DNA of 64,000 nucleotides from Bacteroidia bacterium (GTDB lineage: Bacteria; Bacteroidota; Bacteroidia; AKYH767-A; OLB10): positions 6,523 through 70,522 of the forward strand of contig JBBQQQ010000012.1 in assembly GCA_038215705.1 (NCBI GenBank), read 5' to 3'. Both the position numbers and the translations under genes were made by a program. A model generated the notes under the pieces. It did no database searches, was not told the DNA's origin, and saw only the letters and a program-made list of their open reading frames with translations. Positions 10,036 through 18,934 of the stretch are shown piece after piece. Every line of letters begins with the position of its first letter. Position 1 is the stretch's first letter.

Positions 10036-10606
10036 ATCCCTTGTCTTTTAATATATAACTGGCTAACTGGTGACCTGCGGTAGTTGAACCTTTACTGCTG
10101 AAATGTACTCCATCATAAAAATCATCATCACTTAAGTTTAATTCAAAGTGACGGCACCCGTGTTCAGCTGCAAGCTTTTCTATAAGTAAATTGAATTCTT
10201 TCACTTTAGTATTCATATCATAGTGATATGGATAAAAAACTTTATTGGTGAAACGTGGAATTTTTAAACAAACAATATTATTATTTACTGAAAACAGTGT
10301 TGCCTTTACCAGCAGTTGCCGGTAAGCAATTTCAAAATCTGAAATAGCCGTTTTGTTTTTAATATCATTGGTTCCGATCATGATTGAAATCAGGCTGGGA
10401 AAAACCTGTTTATAGGAAATCAGTTCCGGATTTAACGATCGTACCAGGTCAATTGTGGTAAACCCATTGGTGGCATGATTAATAACATTCCATTTTTTTT
10501 CAAGCTTTTTTTCAAGAACGCTCCCGCAAATTTCCGGATAGCCAAGATAACTTCTCGCACCAAAAGTAATGCTGTCGCCCAGGCACAGCAATGTTTCCCA
10601 GTTCAT
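9989..10606 (-). CDS. SGNH/GDSL hydrolase (probable esterase/acyl-transfer enzyme)
   Basis: Block I CLGDSITFG, block III GTND and a late DGVH. The 3' end overlaps the downstream glycosyltransferase start by 47 nt. Confidence 0.7.
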   Translation of the reverse strand: MNWETLLCLGDSITFGARSYLGYPEICGSVLEKKLEKKWNVINHATNGFTTIDLVRSLNPELISYKQVFPSLISIMIGTNDIKNKTAISDFEIAYRQLLVKATLFSVNNNIVCLKIPRFTNKVFYPYHYDMNTKVKEFNLLIEKLAAEHGCRHFELNLSDDDFYDGVHFSSKGSTTAGHQLASYILKDKGFENFTDLSEITLSAD

Positions 10607-10728
10607 AAATTTTTTGAAATTATAATATGTTCGTTCCGGCTAATTAATTGAATGCGCATAATTAAGAATGCAGCGCATGTTCAAAGATAAGCGATTGAAT
10701 CTTATATGCAAAATCAGGATAAATTATA

Positions 10729-11178
10729 TCACAAACTCTTTTTCATGCAAACACTGGAAGCAACACTGGCATATTGCCCGTAATTGGGGATTCGATTGTA
10801 ACCGGATTTAATGTAGAGTGCAATAGCTTCAGGTTGCTTTTTGCCGGTTTCCAAAATACACTCTGAAAAACCTGATTCTTTTGCCCAGTCTTCCAGCCGC
10901 ACTAAGATTCCCGATGCTAATCCTTTTCCACGCAATGATTCTTTGACATACATTCTTTTTATTTCCACAATGCCGGTGGAATAAAATTTAAAAGCCCCAC
11001 AACCGGCAGGATGATTATCGGAATAGCAAACAATTACATTTTTAATATCGTCGGACTTGTTATACTGTGCAAAAAATGCGTGATCATCGCCATCACGCAC
11101 CTTCAGTTCCGCATCGAGCAGTTTCACTAATTCCAGGTAATCATTATCTGCTGAATCGGTTCTTTTAAAATTAACCAT
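10729..11178 (-). CDS. GNAT family N-acetyltransferase
   Basis: Motif A RGKGLASGIL and the size and pattern of a single GNAT domain. Confidence 0.75.
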   Translation of the reverse strand: MVNFKRTDSADNDYLELVKLLDAELKVRDGDDHAFFAQYNKSDDIKNVIVCYSDNHPAGCGAFKFYSTGIVEIKRMYVKESLRGKGLASGILVRLEDWAKESGFSECILETGKKQPEAIALYIKSGYNRIPNYGQYASVASSVCMKKSL

Positions 11179-11202
11179 AATAAAAACAGGTTTAATTCGA
11201 CC

Positions 11203-12849
11203 CTACTTTTTCTTGCCAGTCAGCATTTTCAGCATGTTCACTTCCATCTCCGTAAGGTATCTCCATCTTCCTCTTGGCAGATCTTTTTTAGTGAGACCGG
11301 CAAAATAAACACGATCCAGTTTGCGGACTTTATATTCCATTGCTTCAAAAATACGTCGCACCACGCGGTTGCGACCGGAATGCAATTCTACGCCAATTAC
11401 ATTTTTTTCGGTTGGAGATTCATAATGTATTTCATCAACGCTTGCAGGTCCGTCTTCGAGTTCAATACCTTCCGCAGCGCGAACCATGTCTTCCTGCGTA
11501 AGATTGCTGTCGAGTTCTACCTGGTAAATTTTCTTTACGTTACTACTGGGGTGGGTAAGGCGTTTGGTGAGTTCGCCGTCATTAGTCAACAATAAAAGTC
11601 CTGTTGTGTTTCGGTCGAGTCGGCCTACTGGAAAAATACGTTCTTTACCTGCATCGTGTACCAGGTTCATAACAGTTTTACGTTCTTCCGGATCATCGGT
11701 TGTAGTTATATAATCTTTAGGTTTATTCAATAAAACATAAACCATGGTTTCAGTTTTCAGGGTTTGATCGTTGAATTTTACTTCATCACCCGGGTTTACT
11801 TTTGTTCCCAGTTCGGTCACCACTACACCATTAACTGCAATAACTCCTGCAGTAATTAAATCATCGGCTTCCCTGCGGGAACAAATTCCTGCATTGGCAA
11901 TATATTTATTTAATCGAACGGCACCCGGTGCTGTAGTATCACCCTCACCGGCTGCTAATTTTTTCTTGTACGATTCACGTCGCTTAGGTGCTTTATCACC
12001 TGATTTGGTATCAAACCGGCCACGCATTTCTTTTGAGTGATCGCGATCGGAATATTTTTCACGCTTTTTTTCAAAAGGTTTTTTCTTGAACGGGGTGCGT
12101 GAATCTTCGCGCGAAGGGCGTGTTGATTCACCAGAATTTCTTGCCGGTCTTTCAGGGCGTTCATCGCGACCCGATCTTGCTTTGTAAGCGGCATATGATC
12201 CTTCTCTAACCTGTTTAACAGGTCCGCTTTCGCGGGATGACGATTCTTCCGGTTTGCGCGATCGAGAGTCTTCCCTGTCAGTCCTGTCTGACCGTGGTGC
12301 AATATCCGGGCGACCCCTGTATTGTGACCGGGCTGCATCACGACCTGCTCTTCCGGGTCTTGCGCCACGCTCCGGCTTATCACTTCTCTCTGATCGTTCG
12401 TCACGGGGTTTGTAATCGGGTTTCGAATCATCACGTTTTGATCGTTCGGGACGACCTTCGCGCTCTGGCCTGGATGCGTAACCGCCTCGTGAGTCATTTC
12501 GGTCTGCTCTGCCGGGACTTGTGGTTCTGTCGCCAGGCTTTTCATTGCGGTCTGAACGTTCCGGTCCTTTTGTATATCCTGACCGCGAATCGTCACGTTC
12601 GTCACGGTTTTTAAAGTCGCGTTTATCGGGTCGGGGAGCATCACTAGAGGATCCCGGGTAACCTGATTTAGAGCGTTGTGCAGGTTTGCGCTTATTAATT
12701 TCCTGGTCAGGAAAATAATCACCTTTTCGCTTGCGCAGCGGAGTTCCATCAGGCTTTACCCAACCACTTTTCTTCTTAGCATCACCTGATTTACTTCTCG
12801 GGCTGGTGCTCCTGCCCTTGCGTCCCCCTTTATCCTGTTCCCTTGCCAT
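11203..12849 (-). CDS. rluB: pseudouridine synthase RluB-like with a roughly 310-aa low-complexity N-terminal extension
   Basis: S4 domain [22 protein letters not shown] starts near aa 311, and the catalytic motif is GRLDRNTTGLLLLTNDG. The preceding 310 aa are an R/D/E/S/K/P-rich imperfect repeat region. Confidence 0.8.
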   Translation of the reverse strand: MAREQDKGGRKGRSTSPRSKSGDAKKKSGWVKPDGTPLRKRKGDYFPDQEINKRKPAQRSKSGYPGSSSDAPRPDKRDFKNRDERDDSRSGYTKGPERSDRNEKPGDRTTSPGRADRNDSRGGYASRPEREGRPERSKRDDSKPDYKPRDERSERSDKPERGARPGRAGRDAARSQYRGRPDIAPRSDRTDREDSRSRKPEESSSRESGPVKQVREGSYAAYKARSGRDERPERPARNSGESTRPSREDSRTPFKKKPFEKKREKYSDRDHSKEMRGRFDTKSGDKAPKRRESYKKKLAAGEGDTTAPGAVRLNKYIANAGICSRREADDLITAGVIAVNGVVVTELGTKVNPGDEVKFNDQTLKTETMVYVLLNKPKDYITTTDDPEERKTVMNLVHDAGKERIFPVGRLDRNTTGLLLLTNDGELTKRLTHPSSNVKKIYQVELDSNLTQEDMVRAAEGIELEDGPASVDEIHYESPTEKNVIGVELHSGRNRVVRRIFEAMEYKVRKLDRVYFAGLTKKDLPRGRWRYLTEMEVNMLKMLTGKKK

Positions 12850-12868
12850 TGTATTGAATTTGAGGGTG

Positions 12869-12876
12869 CAAAGGTA
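12869..12876 (-). promoter_or_regulatory. -7 box TACCTTTG (followed by CACCC) for rluB
   Basis: The reverse complement of CAAAGGTA lies 20 nt upstream of the rluB ATG. Confidence 0.5.
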
Positions 12877-12993
12877 GTAAATAGCAGTTACTTATTGAAG
12901 AAAGCGATTGGGTTTAAAGTCATCGTGCTAAACCGATGTTAGGCGTTCGTTCTTTTTTTTTTCTTCAGTTGTTGTTCGTTTCATTTTAGGTAG

Positions 12994-13001
12994 TAAATTT
13001 G
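12994..13001 (+). promoter_or_regulatory. -7 box TAAATTTG for the methyltransferase gene
   Basis: Exact TAnnTTTG, 32 nt upstream of the ATG at 13033. Confidence 0.45.
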
Positions 13002-13032
13002 TAACCATTGTATAAGGTTAAACTACTTGGTT

Positions 13033-14271
13033 ATGAATGAATATTTGACACTCACGGAAGTCTCTGAATTGATAGGCAAAAGCAAAGAAACTCTCAGGCG
13101 TTGGGATAGAGAAGGCAAGTTGTCTGCTGTCCGTGAGCCAATGAGTAATTACCGTGTTTATAAACGAGAACAAGTTGAAATACTGTTTGCCGACTTTGTC
13201 AATCAAGATATCGAAGATGTTGTAACCAACTATGTTGAGCCACACATTGACTATTCTGTCTTAGAGTTGTTTGCAGGTGCCGGTGGTTTGGCTGTTGGTA
13301 TGGAAAAAGCAGGTCTAAAATGTGTTGCATTGAATGAAATTGATAAATGGGCTTGTCAAACGTTGCGGAAAAATCGACCAAAATGGAAAGTGTTAGAAGG
13401 CGACATTAAGTCGTTTGATTTTTCTGAATATCATAATAAAGTTGATGTAGTTACTGGCGGTTTTCCTTGTCAAGCATTTAGTTATGCAGGAAAAAAATTA
13501 GGTCTTGCCGATGCAAGAGGAACATTGTTTTATGAATTTGCAAGAGTTGTCAATGAAGTGAACCCACCAATTTGTATTGGCGAAAATGTCCGTGGCTTAC
13601 TAAGTCACGAGAATGGAAAAACGTTACAAGGGATGATTTCAATTTTAGATGAAATTGGTTACAATGTCGTTCCAGTCCAATTGTTGAAAGCCATTAATTA
13701 TAGAGTGCCACAAAAAAGAGAACGTATAATCTTAGTTGGCATTAGAAAAGATATTGACTTTCAATATGAATATCCAAAACCACACAAAAAAATTTATAAC
13801 TTAAAAGATGCATTAAAAAAAGGTGAACTGTTTGATACTAATGTGCCAAAGTCAATTGGTGCAAAGTATCCGCAAAGCAAGAAAGCTGTTTTAGATTTAG
13901 TGCCTCAAAAAGGTTATTGGCGGGACTTACCAATAAATATTCAAAAAGAATTTATGGGAGGTAGTTATTACTTAGGTGGCGGAAAAACTGGAATTGCGAG
14001 GCGAATAGGTTGGGATGAGCCGTGTCTTACACTTACTTGTAGTCCTGCACAAAAACAAACAGAAAGATGTCACCCCGATGAAACTCGTCCGTTTACAGTT
14101 CAAGAATATGCACGAATTCAAACCTTTCCTGATGATTGGAAATTTGAGGGTTCAATGGCACAACAATACAAACAAATCGGGAACGCAGTTCCCGTTAATT
14201 TAGGAACAGAAGTTGGCTATTCTATCATTAAGTTTTTGAATCAATATTATAATTTGTCAAAACCAAGATAG
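13033..14271 (+). CDS. DNA (cytosine-5)-methyltransferase with N-terminal MerR/excisionase-type HTH
   Basis: C5-MTase motifs are present: I FAGAGG, IV GGFPCQAFS, VI ENV, VIII QKRERI, IX-X RPFTVQEYARIQTFPDDW and GNAVPV. The N-terminal roughly 60 aa LTLTEVSELIGKSKETLRRWDREGKL form an HTH. The ORF track starts at TTG 13027, but ATG 13033 is more likely. Confidence 0.9.
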   Translation: MNEYLTLTEVSELIGKSKETLRRWDREGKLSAVREPMSNYRVYKREQVEILFADFVNQDIEDVVTNYVEPHIDYSVLELFAGAGGLAVGMEKAGLKCVALNEIDKWACQTLRKNRPKWKVLEGDIKSFDFSEYHNKVDVVTGGFPCQAFSYAGKKLGLADARGTLFYEFARVVNEVNPPICIGENVRGLLSHENGKTLQGMISILDEIGYNVVPVQLLKAINYRVPQKRERIILVGIRKDIDFQYEYPKPHKKIYNLKDALKKGELFDTNVPKSIGAKYPQSKKAVLDLVPQKGYWRDLPINIQKEFMGGSYYLGGGKTGIARRIGWDEPCLTLTCSPAQKQTERCHPDETRPFTVQEYARIQTFPDDWKFEGSMAQQYKQIGNAVPVNLGTEVGYSIIKFLNQYYNLSKPR

Positions 14272-15011
14272 TAGCTATAATTTTCAAAAGTGATTTGGTC
14301 TATGATGCTTCGCTTAGAATTTTTTGTTTCGAATTTAATTTCTTCCAATGCAGAATTTGCAGCAATTTCTTCACTCTTGTCAATTGATTTCAAATAGTCG
14401 TTGATTGCAATTGGTAATGATTTGTAAAATTGAAACAATGCATCGTCTTGTCCCGAAACCAAAGCGTAAAATCGGTCACCAGAAATTTTATAAACTCTGC
14501 TGTGGCTGTATTCTTTGCCGTTGATGTCGCCGCTCCACAAATCACAAAAACTTCCTTTGGCTAAAATTTGCACCCAATAACATTTTGCTTTTTTATAGTC
14601 GTTTGCATATCGGGCTAGCTTTTGAAACAAGGCTTCGCCTGCACTACTGTTCATAGTGTTGTGCTTGTTTTTGATGTCGGCAAAAAGTGTATCGTCTTTC
14701 GTCTTGATGTCAAAGCCGCTTAAATTTCCTACTTCAAAGCCTTTGATGCCACCAATAATTTGTTCGTGAAATGTCCCGATGGAATTATTAATTGACTTGT
14801 CTATCTGTCGCAAGATTTCAGATTGGATAAGGCTTTCCTCGTCAATATCGTTAAACTTTGCATCAAAGGTCAACTTGATTGTATCCACCTTGTTTGAGTA
14901 AAAGTGCTTTTTTGTGATATTGTTCTTTGCTTTCAAATAGGCTTTGTGAAGATTGCCAATGCACTCTAATAAATGATCGTCCGAGATGAAGTTTACGTAT
15001 TTATTTTTCAT
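14247..15011 (-). CDS. candidate Type II restriction endonuclease partner (PD-(D/E)xK-like)
   Basis: It is convergent with the MTase and overlaps it by 25 nt. A possible catalytic pattern is GFD(101)...D(112)-I-K. It is visibly AT-rich, and I cannot assign the family by eye (Eco47II-like is only a guess). Confidence 0.55.
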   Translation of the reverse strand: MKNKYVNFISDDHLLECIGNLHKAYLKAKNNITKKHFYSNKVDTIKLTFDAKFNDIDEESLIQSEILRQIDKSINNSIGTFHEQIIGGIKGFEVGNLSGFDIKTKDDTLFADIKNKHNTMNSSAGEALFQKLARYANDYKKAKCYWVQILAKGSFCDLWSGDINGKEYSHSRVYKISGDRFYALVSGQDDALFQFYKSLPIAINDYLKSIDKSEEIAANSALEEIKFETKNSKRSIIDQITFENYSYYLGFDKL

Positions 15012-15114
15012 TAAATTCTGTCAAATTTGTCAGCCGCAAATATAGCATTAAAAGTTAATTTGGGTCACTTGCCCGAATGTAGCACTGTCTCCACAGAATG
15101 ATGCCTAACTCCGG

Positions 15115-15483
15115 TTACAGATTCATAAAGGGATAAAAGGCATCCGGAGTATGTTCGATGGTCCAGGTATCTCCGTGAAAAATAACGACAATTAAATCAT
15201 ACCGGACTTCCCAAACAATATTTTTAATCTCTGTATACCTTCCTGCTGCATCGTAAAGCAACCTCAGTTTTTTATTGCTGATCAGGTCATCGGTATCAGT
15301 GTAATGTTCGAGTGCGCGGGTTTTTACTTCTGCAATCACCAATTGATTCGCGTGGAAAGCTACAATATCGAGTTCTGCTTTTTGCCATACCCAGTTGCGG
15401 TCGAGGATGAGGTAGCCTGCTTTTCGTAAAAATTCAGTGGCGATCTCTTCGCCTTTTTCGCCGAGGTCATTGTGTTCTGCCAT
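15115..15483 (-). CDS. yraN: YraN family endonuclease-like protein (UPF0102)
   Basis: GEKGEEIATEFLRKAGYLILDRNW...ELDIVA...VIAEVKTR matches the family signature, and the size is about 120 aa. Confidence 0.8.
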   Translation of the reverse strand: MAEHNDLGEKGEEIATEFLRKAGYLILDRNWVWQKAELDIVAFHANQLVIAEVKTRALEHYTDTDDLISNKKLRLLYDAAGRYTEIKNIVWEVRYDLIVVIFHGDTWTIEHTPDAFYPFMNL

Positions 15484-15610
15484 AAAAAAAAGTATTGAAA
15501 AGTTTAAAAAAATAAATGGTTGTTAATGAAAAATTAATGTGTTGTTGAAAAATTGGGTTGCTATGGGCACGATAAATGTAAAAATAATTTTCTGAAATAA
15601 AAAGTTGGTC

Positions 15611-16507
15611 TCAAAAAGTAATAGAAGTTTTTTCAGCAACAACAAGTTTTATTTTCCTGCCAAAGACAATGGGATTATTCTCATCAAGATGACCTGCGTT
15701 GAAACCAAAACAAACCGGATAATTGTATTCCTTTACCGCATCTAGTATAATTTCCTCGGCTGATTTTCCAAATGGGATGGTATTATCTTTCATGTCATTC
15801 ATCGCCCCTACGATCAATCCTTTCAACGATTTTAATTTACCGGTCCGCTTTAAATTCATCATCATCCGGTCAATATGATAGAGGTATTCATCGAGGTCTT
15901 CAAGAAATAAAATTTTTCCTTTTGTGTGCACATCCGATTCCGTCCCCGCAAGGGCATATAGCAACGATAAATTACCTCCTATCAACTCGGCAGTTGCTTT
16001 TCCCGGGCGGTTGAATAAATGCGCACTTAAATCATAGTGCACTGATTTTCCGGCTAACACCAGTCTCAGATTTTCAAGAATCCTTTCAGGTGTTTTTGGA
16101 AAGTTTATTGCCATAGGCGCATGAAGCGTTTCGGTTTTACAGTGGAGGTTAATGTGAGAATGTAATACCGTTACATCGCTGAACCCGATTAACCATTTTG
16201 GTGATTTTTCAAACCGCTGAAAATCGAGTTTATCGATAATGCGTACCATTCCATATCCTCCGCGTGCAAACAAAATGGCCTTTACTGAAGCATCATCCAG
16301 CATCATTTGCAAATCTGCCCATCGTTGCTGATCGGTTCCGGCAAACTGGCGATCCGATTCAAATAAATACATGCCTTTTACTACTTCAAAACCCCAGGAC
16401 TGGAGTTTGTCAATAGCGGGTTGCATTTCCTCAGGACTGACTTTCCGCGCAGGAGCTACCAGTGCAATTTTATCACCGGGTTGTAATGGAGCTGGAGTAT
16501 ACGTCAT
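15611..16507 (-). CDS. ldcA: LD-carboxypeptidase (peptidase S66)
   Basis: GDKIALVAPA at the N-terminus, nucleophile region GFSDVTVLH and a C-terminal GH region. Confidence 0.8.
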   Translation of the reverse strand: MTYTPAPLQPGDKIALVAPARKVSPEEMQPAIDKLQSWGFEVVKGMYLFESDRQFAGTDQQRWADLQMMLDDASVKAILFARGGYGMVRIIDKLDFQRFEKSPKWLIGFSDVTVLHSHINLHCKTETLHAPMAINFPKTPERILENLRLVLAGKSVHYDLSAHLFNRPGKATAELIGGNLSLLYALAGTESDVHTKGKILFLEDLDEYLYHIDRMMMNLKRTGKLKSLKGLIVGAMNDMKDNTIPFGKSAEEIILDAVKEYNYPVCFGFNAGHLDENNPIVFGRKIKLVVAEKTSITF

Positions 16508-16543
16508 TCGTTATAATGCCCGTAAGGGATATCAAGACAGTTC

Positions 16544-16551
16544 CAAAGGTA
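16544..16551 (-). promoter_or_regulatory. -7 box TACCTTTG for ldcA
   Basis: The reverse complement of CAAAGGTA lies 37 nt upstream of the ATG at 16507. Confidence 0.45.
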
Positions 16552-16629
16552 AATATTTATCCGTATACCCTTACAAAACTCTGATTACAGTTATGTTGGT
16601 TAAACCTCAGGGCAGTGTCACAATTTTTT

Positions 16630-16637
16630 TATCTTTG
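16630..16637 (+). promoter_or_regulatory. -7 box TATCTTTG for metG
   Basis: It lies 44 nt upstream of ATG 16681 and inside the spurious 5' extension of the tracked ORF. Confidence 0.5.
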
Positions 16638-16680
16638 CGTTTTGGTTCAGTTTACCGATAAAAATCACGGAATTCTATTT

Positions 16681-18735
16681 ATGTCCAAACCCTTCCTGGT
16701 CACAGCCGCGCTTCCTTACGCCAATGGTCCTGTTCATATAGGCCACCTTGCGGGATGTTATATTCCCTCCGATGTGTTTGTCCGTTATCAGCGTTTGACA
16801 GGAGCGGATGTTAAATTTATATGCGGATCTGATGAGCATGGTGTGCCTATTACCCTAAAAGCAAAAGCGGAAGGAATTACCCCGCAACAGGTAGTGGATA
16901 AATATCATGCGATGATGAAAAAGTCGTTTGAGGAATTTGGAATTTCATTCGACATATACTCACGCACTTCCAATAAAATTCATCATCAAACGGCTTCCGG
17001 TTTTTTTAAGACATTGTATGAAAAAGGAGCTTTTACTGAGCAGGTAACCCTTCAGTATTATGATGAAGAAGCGGGACAATTCCTTGCCGACCGTTACATT
17101 GAAGGAACCTGTCCGAAATGTGGAAATGAAAAAGCTTATGGCGACCAGTGTGAAAATTGCGGAAGTTCATTAAGTCCTTCTGAACTAATTAACCCGAAGT
17201 CGAAACTCAGTGGCAACGTTCCTGTGCTGAAAGAAACCAAACACTGGTTTTTACCTTTAAATGATTATGCTCCCTGGCTTCGTGAATGGATTCTTGAAGG
17301 ACATAAAAACGATTGGAAACCGAATGTATATGGCCAGTGCAAATCGTGGCTGGATGCCGGTGACGGGTTGCAGCCTCGTGCTATGACGCGTGATCTCGAC
17401 TGGGGAGTACCGGTGCCCATTGAAGGCGCAGCGGGAAAAGTTTTGTATGTGTGGTTTGATGCACCCATCGGTTATATTTCAGCAACACGTGAGTTGTTGC
17501 CCGATAATTGGGAGCATTACTGGAAAAACCCCGATGCCCGGCTGATTCATTTTATTGGAAAAGACAATATTGTTTTTCATTGTATCATTTTCCCTGCTAT
17601 TTTAAAAGCACACGGAGGGTATGTGCTGCCTGAAAATGTTCCTGCCAACGAGTTTTTGAACCTTGAAGGGGATAAAATTTCAACTTCCCGCAACTGGGCC
17701 GTTTGGCTGCATGAGTATCTAACTGAATTTCCCGGTAAGCAGGATGTTCTTCGCTATACACTTATCGCAACCGCTCCTGAAACAAAGGACAATGATTTTA
17801 CCTGGAAAGATTTCCAGGCCCGCAATAATAATGAACTGGTTGCAATCCTTGGGAATTTTATCAATCGTGCAATGGTACTTACCGGAAATTATTATGAAGG
17901 AAAAGTTCCGCAACACGGTACACTGACTGCTGGTGATACAGAGATTATAGAATTTTTAACTACTTCAAAAAAGAATATCAGCGAAAGCATTGAAAAATAT
18001 CGCTTGCGCGAAGCACTTGCAACTTTGATGGATGTTGCCCGTGCGGGAAATAAATATCTTGCCGACAACGAACCCTGGAAACTTATTAAAACCGATGCCG
18101 AACGAACAGCCACAGTTTTATATGTTTCATTAGAAATTTCAGGTTTTCTTTCTATCATCATGGAACCCTTTCTTCCGCACACAGCGATTAATCTTCGCTC
18201 GATGTTGAATATTAAACAACCGGAGTGGTCATCTGCTTTCGCAGGAAAACTGATGACAACCGGACACCAGTTGAACAAAGCAGAATTGTTGTTCGATAAA
18301 ATAGATGATGAAATTATAGCAGTGCAAATTGCAAAATTAGAAGCAACAAAAACTTCGCAAACTTCGCCAACTGTTGTCGTGAATGAAAATACTACGCCAA
18401 CATTTAAAGATGTAACCACTTTTGATGACTTCACAAAAATGGATATTCGCATAGGAACAATTTTAGAAGCTGAACGTGTTCCCAAAACGGATAAACTTTT
18501 AAAATTATTGATTGATACCGGTCTTGACAGACGAACGGTTGTATCTGGTATTGCTGCCGATTTCAAACCAGAAGATATTATTGGGCAACAGGTAACGCTT
18601 CTCGCCAACCTCGAACCACGAAAAATAAGAGGCATTGAATCTAAAGGGATGATATTGATGACGGAGGATGCAAATGGTAAACTGGTATTCGTAGGCCCGG
18701 CAAGCCAGGTAGATAATGGTGGGACAGTCAGGTAG
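16681..18735 (+). CDS. metG: methionine--tRNA ligase
   Basis: HIGH motif (PVHIGHL), zinc knuckles CPKCG/CENCG, a KISTS (KMSKS-type) loop and a C-terminal tRNA-binding (EMAP/Trbp111-like) domain. The start is set at [16 protein letters not shown]. Confidence 0.95.
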   Translation: MSKPFLVTAALPYANGPVHIGHLAGCYIPSDVFVRYQRLTGADVKFICGSDEHGVPITLKAKAEGITPQQVVDKYHAMMKKSFEEFGISFDIYSRTSNKIHHQTASGFFKTLYEKGAFTEQVTLQYYDEEAGQFLADRYIEGTCPKCGNEKAYGDQCENCGSSLSPSELINPKSKLSGNVPVLKETKHWFLPLNDYAPWLREWILEGHKNDWKPNVYGQCKSWLDAGDGLQPRAMTRDLDWGVPVPIEGAAGKVLYVWFDAPIGYISATRELLPDNWEHYWKNPDARLIHFIGKDNIVFHCIIFPAILKAHGGYVLPENVPANEFLNLEGDKISTSRNWAVWLHEYLTEFPGKQDVLRYTLIATAPETKDNDFTWKDFQARNNNELVAILGNFINRAMVLTGNYYEGKVPQHGTLTAGDTEIIEFLTTSKKNISESIEKYRLREALATLMDVARAGNKYLADNEPWKLIKTDAERTATVLYVSLEISGFLSIIMEPFLPHTAINLRSMLNIKQPEWSSAFAGKLMTTGHQLNKAELLFDKIDDEIIAVQIAKLEATKTSQTSPTVVVNENTTPTFKDVTTFDDFTKMDIRIGTILEAERVPKTDKLLKLLIDTGLDRRTVVSGIAADFKPEDIIGQQVTLLANLEPRKIRGIESKGMILMTEDANGKLVFVGPASQVDNGGTVR

Positions 18736-18746
18736 TTAGCCCCTAA

Positions 18747-18787
18747 AATGAAGGTCTGAAAACCTTAAAATTCATTCATTTTTTTTC
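18747..18787 (+). terminator. probable metG terminator
   Basis: Imperfect hairpin AATGAAGGT...ACCTTAAAATTCATT followed by a T8 run. Confidence 0.45.
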
Positions 18788-18788
18788 T

Positions 18789-18796
18789 TAAATTTG
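18789..18796 (+). promoter_or_regulatory. -7 box TAAATTTG (followed by CACCC) upstream of tRNA-Arg
   Basis: Exact TAnnTTTG, 67 nt upstream of the tRNA 5' end. Confidence 0.4.
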
Positions 18797-18862
18797 CACC
18801 CTCTTAATAGAGGTAGTTATTCTTTTATTTATCATCTATCATTTATAATTTATTATTTCTCT

Positions 18863-18934
18863 GGCCTCGTAGTTCAATGGATAGAATAGAAGTTTCCTAA
18901 ACTTTTGATATGGGTTCGATTCCCGTCGAGGCTA
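18863..18934 (+). tRNA. tRNA-Arg (anticodon CCU)
   Basis: Manual cloverleaf: acceptor GGCCTCG/CGAGGCT, D-arm GTTC-AATGGATA-GAAT, anticodon arm GAAGT-TTCCTAA-ACTTT (U33, CCT, A37) and T-arm ATGGG-TTCGATT-CCCGT. The discriminator is A and no CCA is encoded. Confidence 0.93.

Noticed and set aside
11955-12749. 264-aa same-strand and 125-aa opposite-strand ORFs inside rluB.
   Set aside because: They are opened by the extreme compositional bias of the R/D/E/S-rich repeat region. The rluB frame is the one that continues into the S4 and catalytic domains.
16615-16680. 22-codon N-terminal extension of metG in the ORF track.
   Set aside because: The extension contains the TATCTTTG -7 box (16630..16637), and the conserved MetRS N-terminus starts at [16 protein letters not shown] (16681).
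17892-18635. 247-aa ORF antisense to metG. Similar antisense ORFs occur in atpF (36358..36762), atpA (38367..38855) and the TBDR (41657..42094).
   Set aside because: Each lies fully inside a strongly supported gene on the other strand, with no motifs and low-complexity translations.
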